Origin: Phoronis australis
Taxonomy: Eukaryota; Animalia; Phoronida
Assembly: GCA_002633005.1 (NCBI GenBank)
Contig: NMRA01000240.1
Span: forward strand, 93,351 to 157,350
Direction: 5' to 3'
DNA: 64,000 nt
Shown here in pieces: positions 62,006 to 64,000 of this stretch. Within the stretch, counting starts at the first letter, position 1. The number at the start of each line of letters is the position of its first letter. Below the pieces are notes generated by a model. The model ran no database searches and was not told the DNA's origin. It was given only the letters and a program-made list of their open reading frames with translations. A program made the position numbers and the translations under genes.

Positions 62006-64000
62006 TTAGGAATAACCCATGTTTTTTGTATTAAGTTTCCCTATTAATTATGTTGATTTTAAACCTTTACTTATTGTTTCTCGTTTTGATTTATCACTTA
62101 AGTAGTTATCATTTAATGTAGCTTTTTCATTTGAAATAAACTCCCGTTTTTACTAGACTTTTGTTGTCGAGTTTATTTGCAAAGCCGTCGGACGTAAAAC
62201 TGGTTAAGCAATGTTCTTGTTTCGTTCACTGTGCGAAAGCAAGTATCAAACACTGAGCCCAGTTTAAGGCATTTGAAGAAAATTAAATACCTGTAACAAA
62301 ATAACGCTTTGTAAACCTTCAACAACCCTTAAACATTAAAGTGAATTTCACAGTTTGCTAAATTGACATGTATGACTGACGTTTTTATTCCCACACACAA
62401 AAATTTCCAGGCGTTATGGTGAACCCGTGGCGAGTGTCAGCATGGGCACAGAGCCCGAACAGTCGAGGAAACAAATTAGCAGCGAAACAGGTAGAAAAGA
62501 AACGAGTTAATGTCAATTACCGTTGGGGATTTTGCCCAGGGTTTATTTCTGAGGGAAAGTCTATTTCATCTGCAGTCTTTATCGTCTAACACGTGGTTAA
62601 AATGTGCTTTCAATAAAAAAGTTCGAAAAAGTCTTAGGAAACCTGAATGCACAGAAAACAAATTGGTTAAAATTTTCAAAATAAATTATCTACCCGTAGA
62701 TAAGAAATTATCATTTACTAAACCTATAACTATTTCTCCAGGAACTCTTCTGAAGAAAGGGAAAATATCGTCTGCCTCTTTTTCCGTTTTTGAAAGTCAA
62801 TCAATCAATTTATTTCTGTAATAAAGGCCATAAGCCCACTGTACAAAAGAACAACATGTAACATACTTAGAGTGCAGCAAGCTATCACGGAGACGAAAAG
62901 CATAAATACATATTTACATACAGTGTAGGTTAACTAATTTAGCATTATCTCTTGTTCACATCAATCTATTGAACTTAAGAAAAGACGCAACTTCAAAAAT
63001 TCTTTTTCAAATTTGTATGCTTTGATTTTGGGTTACAAACACGGCTATTTTGAAGGTTTTCATTGAAGCCATTTGTGGCCTAATTTGGAACTTTGTAGAA
63101 GCTATATTGCTCGTTTCGAAAAATGGACCGTCTAATAATTCATTCAGTCGCTCCTAACCTGCTCATAACCTAAAATAAAAAAATGCCTTTCCCGTACTCT
63201 TTGCGTACGAACCTTTAAACGAATTGCACTTGGTCCTACTTTTATGAGGAAATTTTCCGAATAAACGCCCCACTATATGGGCACTTGACACCAGGAGTTG
63301 TAACGACAAGTAAACGGCCATGGACGTTTCATCGGGTGGAAAATCCCGGTAATTGCCATTCTGTGAGAACTACACTGATCATTATTGCTCATTAAAAAAT
63401 ATATACATAAGTTATAAATGGCATGAGTTCTTCGTCTATATTATAGATGCCGTCGCTGTTTGTCTACATGGAGATTGTAGACGGGACTAGAAGCCGAATC
63501 TGCCTTGCGTTCGTTTTCTGATTTTCGTTGTGAGAGCCAGTGACAAAGGAAAAAAGGCACCCACGGGGGCTATGGCCCTCTGTTCAGTACAAAAAAATCG
63601 TTAACTCGGTCAACACTCATTGTAATTTTTCATTCATATTGCAATGTCCCCGCAGGCTGCTACGAATTTTAATCTCCACCGGTCGCCAGAAATTTCGTAT
63701 TTGCATCCCCGGGTCGAAAAACAATTCACAAAAGACAATTTTATAAATGAATCAACTCATGACATACATTAGGTCAACAAAGTACGACACAAGCAATGGT
63801 CTGGACTTCAAACATACCTAGTGACTGCCTCTGTGGTTTAGCAAGGGGGGGGGGGCGTCAGGTGTCCCCGGGCGCCTGCCGAAGTGGGGTGCCAAGCATG
63901 TGTTTCAAGGAGGGTGCCAGTTTCACTGTGTGTTGCACAGCTACCGACTAGGGGGTGGAGTGGGGGATGCCACTTGAGGTGTCGCCGGGAAGGGGAGGGG

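Overview
AT-rich eukaryotic (animal, most likely marine invertebrate) genomic DNA with one assembly gap (48675-48810). There are no prokaryotic features. The only host gene I can support is a + strand multi-exon gene that the ORF track largely misses. It has five phase-1/phase-1 exons (12662-12793, 18550-18684, 19617-19739, 25476-25592, 30172-30309), each encoding one 6-Cys EGF/EB-like module. A last exon (36546-36763) encodes a transmembrane helix and an 11-Asp C-terminal tail, and the 5' exon(s) are unresolved. The rest is mostly decayed, often nested transposable elements. Retroelements include a Gmr1-type Ty3/Gypsy element (integrase before RT) with its 3' LTR, HERO-like RLE LINE fragments, a Tx1/L1 fragment, a Ngaro/DIRS RT remnant and Penelope-like elements. 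DNA elements include an AcademX transposon with TAG TIRs and a TAA TSD inside a Penelope-like RT, several TTAA (Kolobok-like) non-autonomous elements, a THAP relic and MITEs/foldbacks. Smaller signals are a minimal hammerhead ribozyme motif, a perfect 57-bp palindrome and a 109-bp palindromic tandem repeat. All calls are from manual reading and motif recall, and no searches were run.
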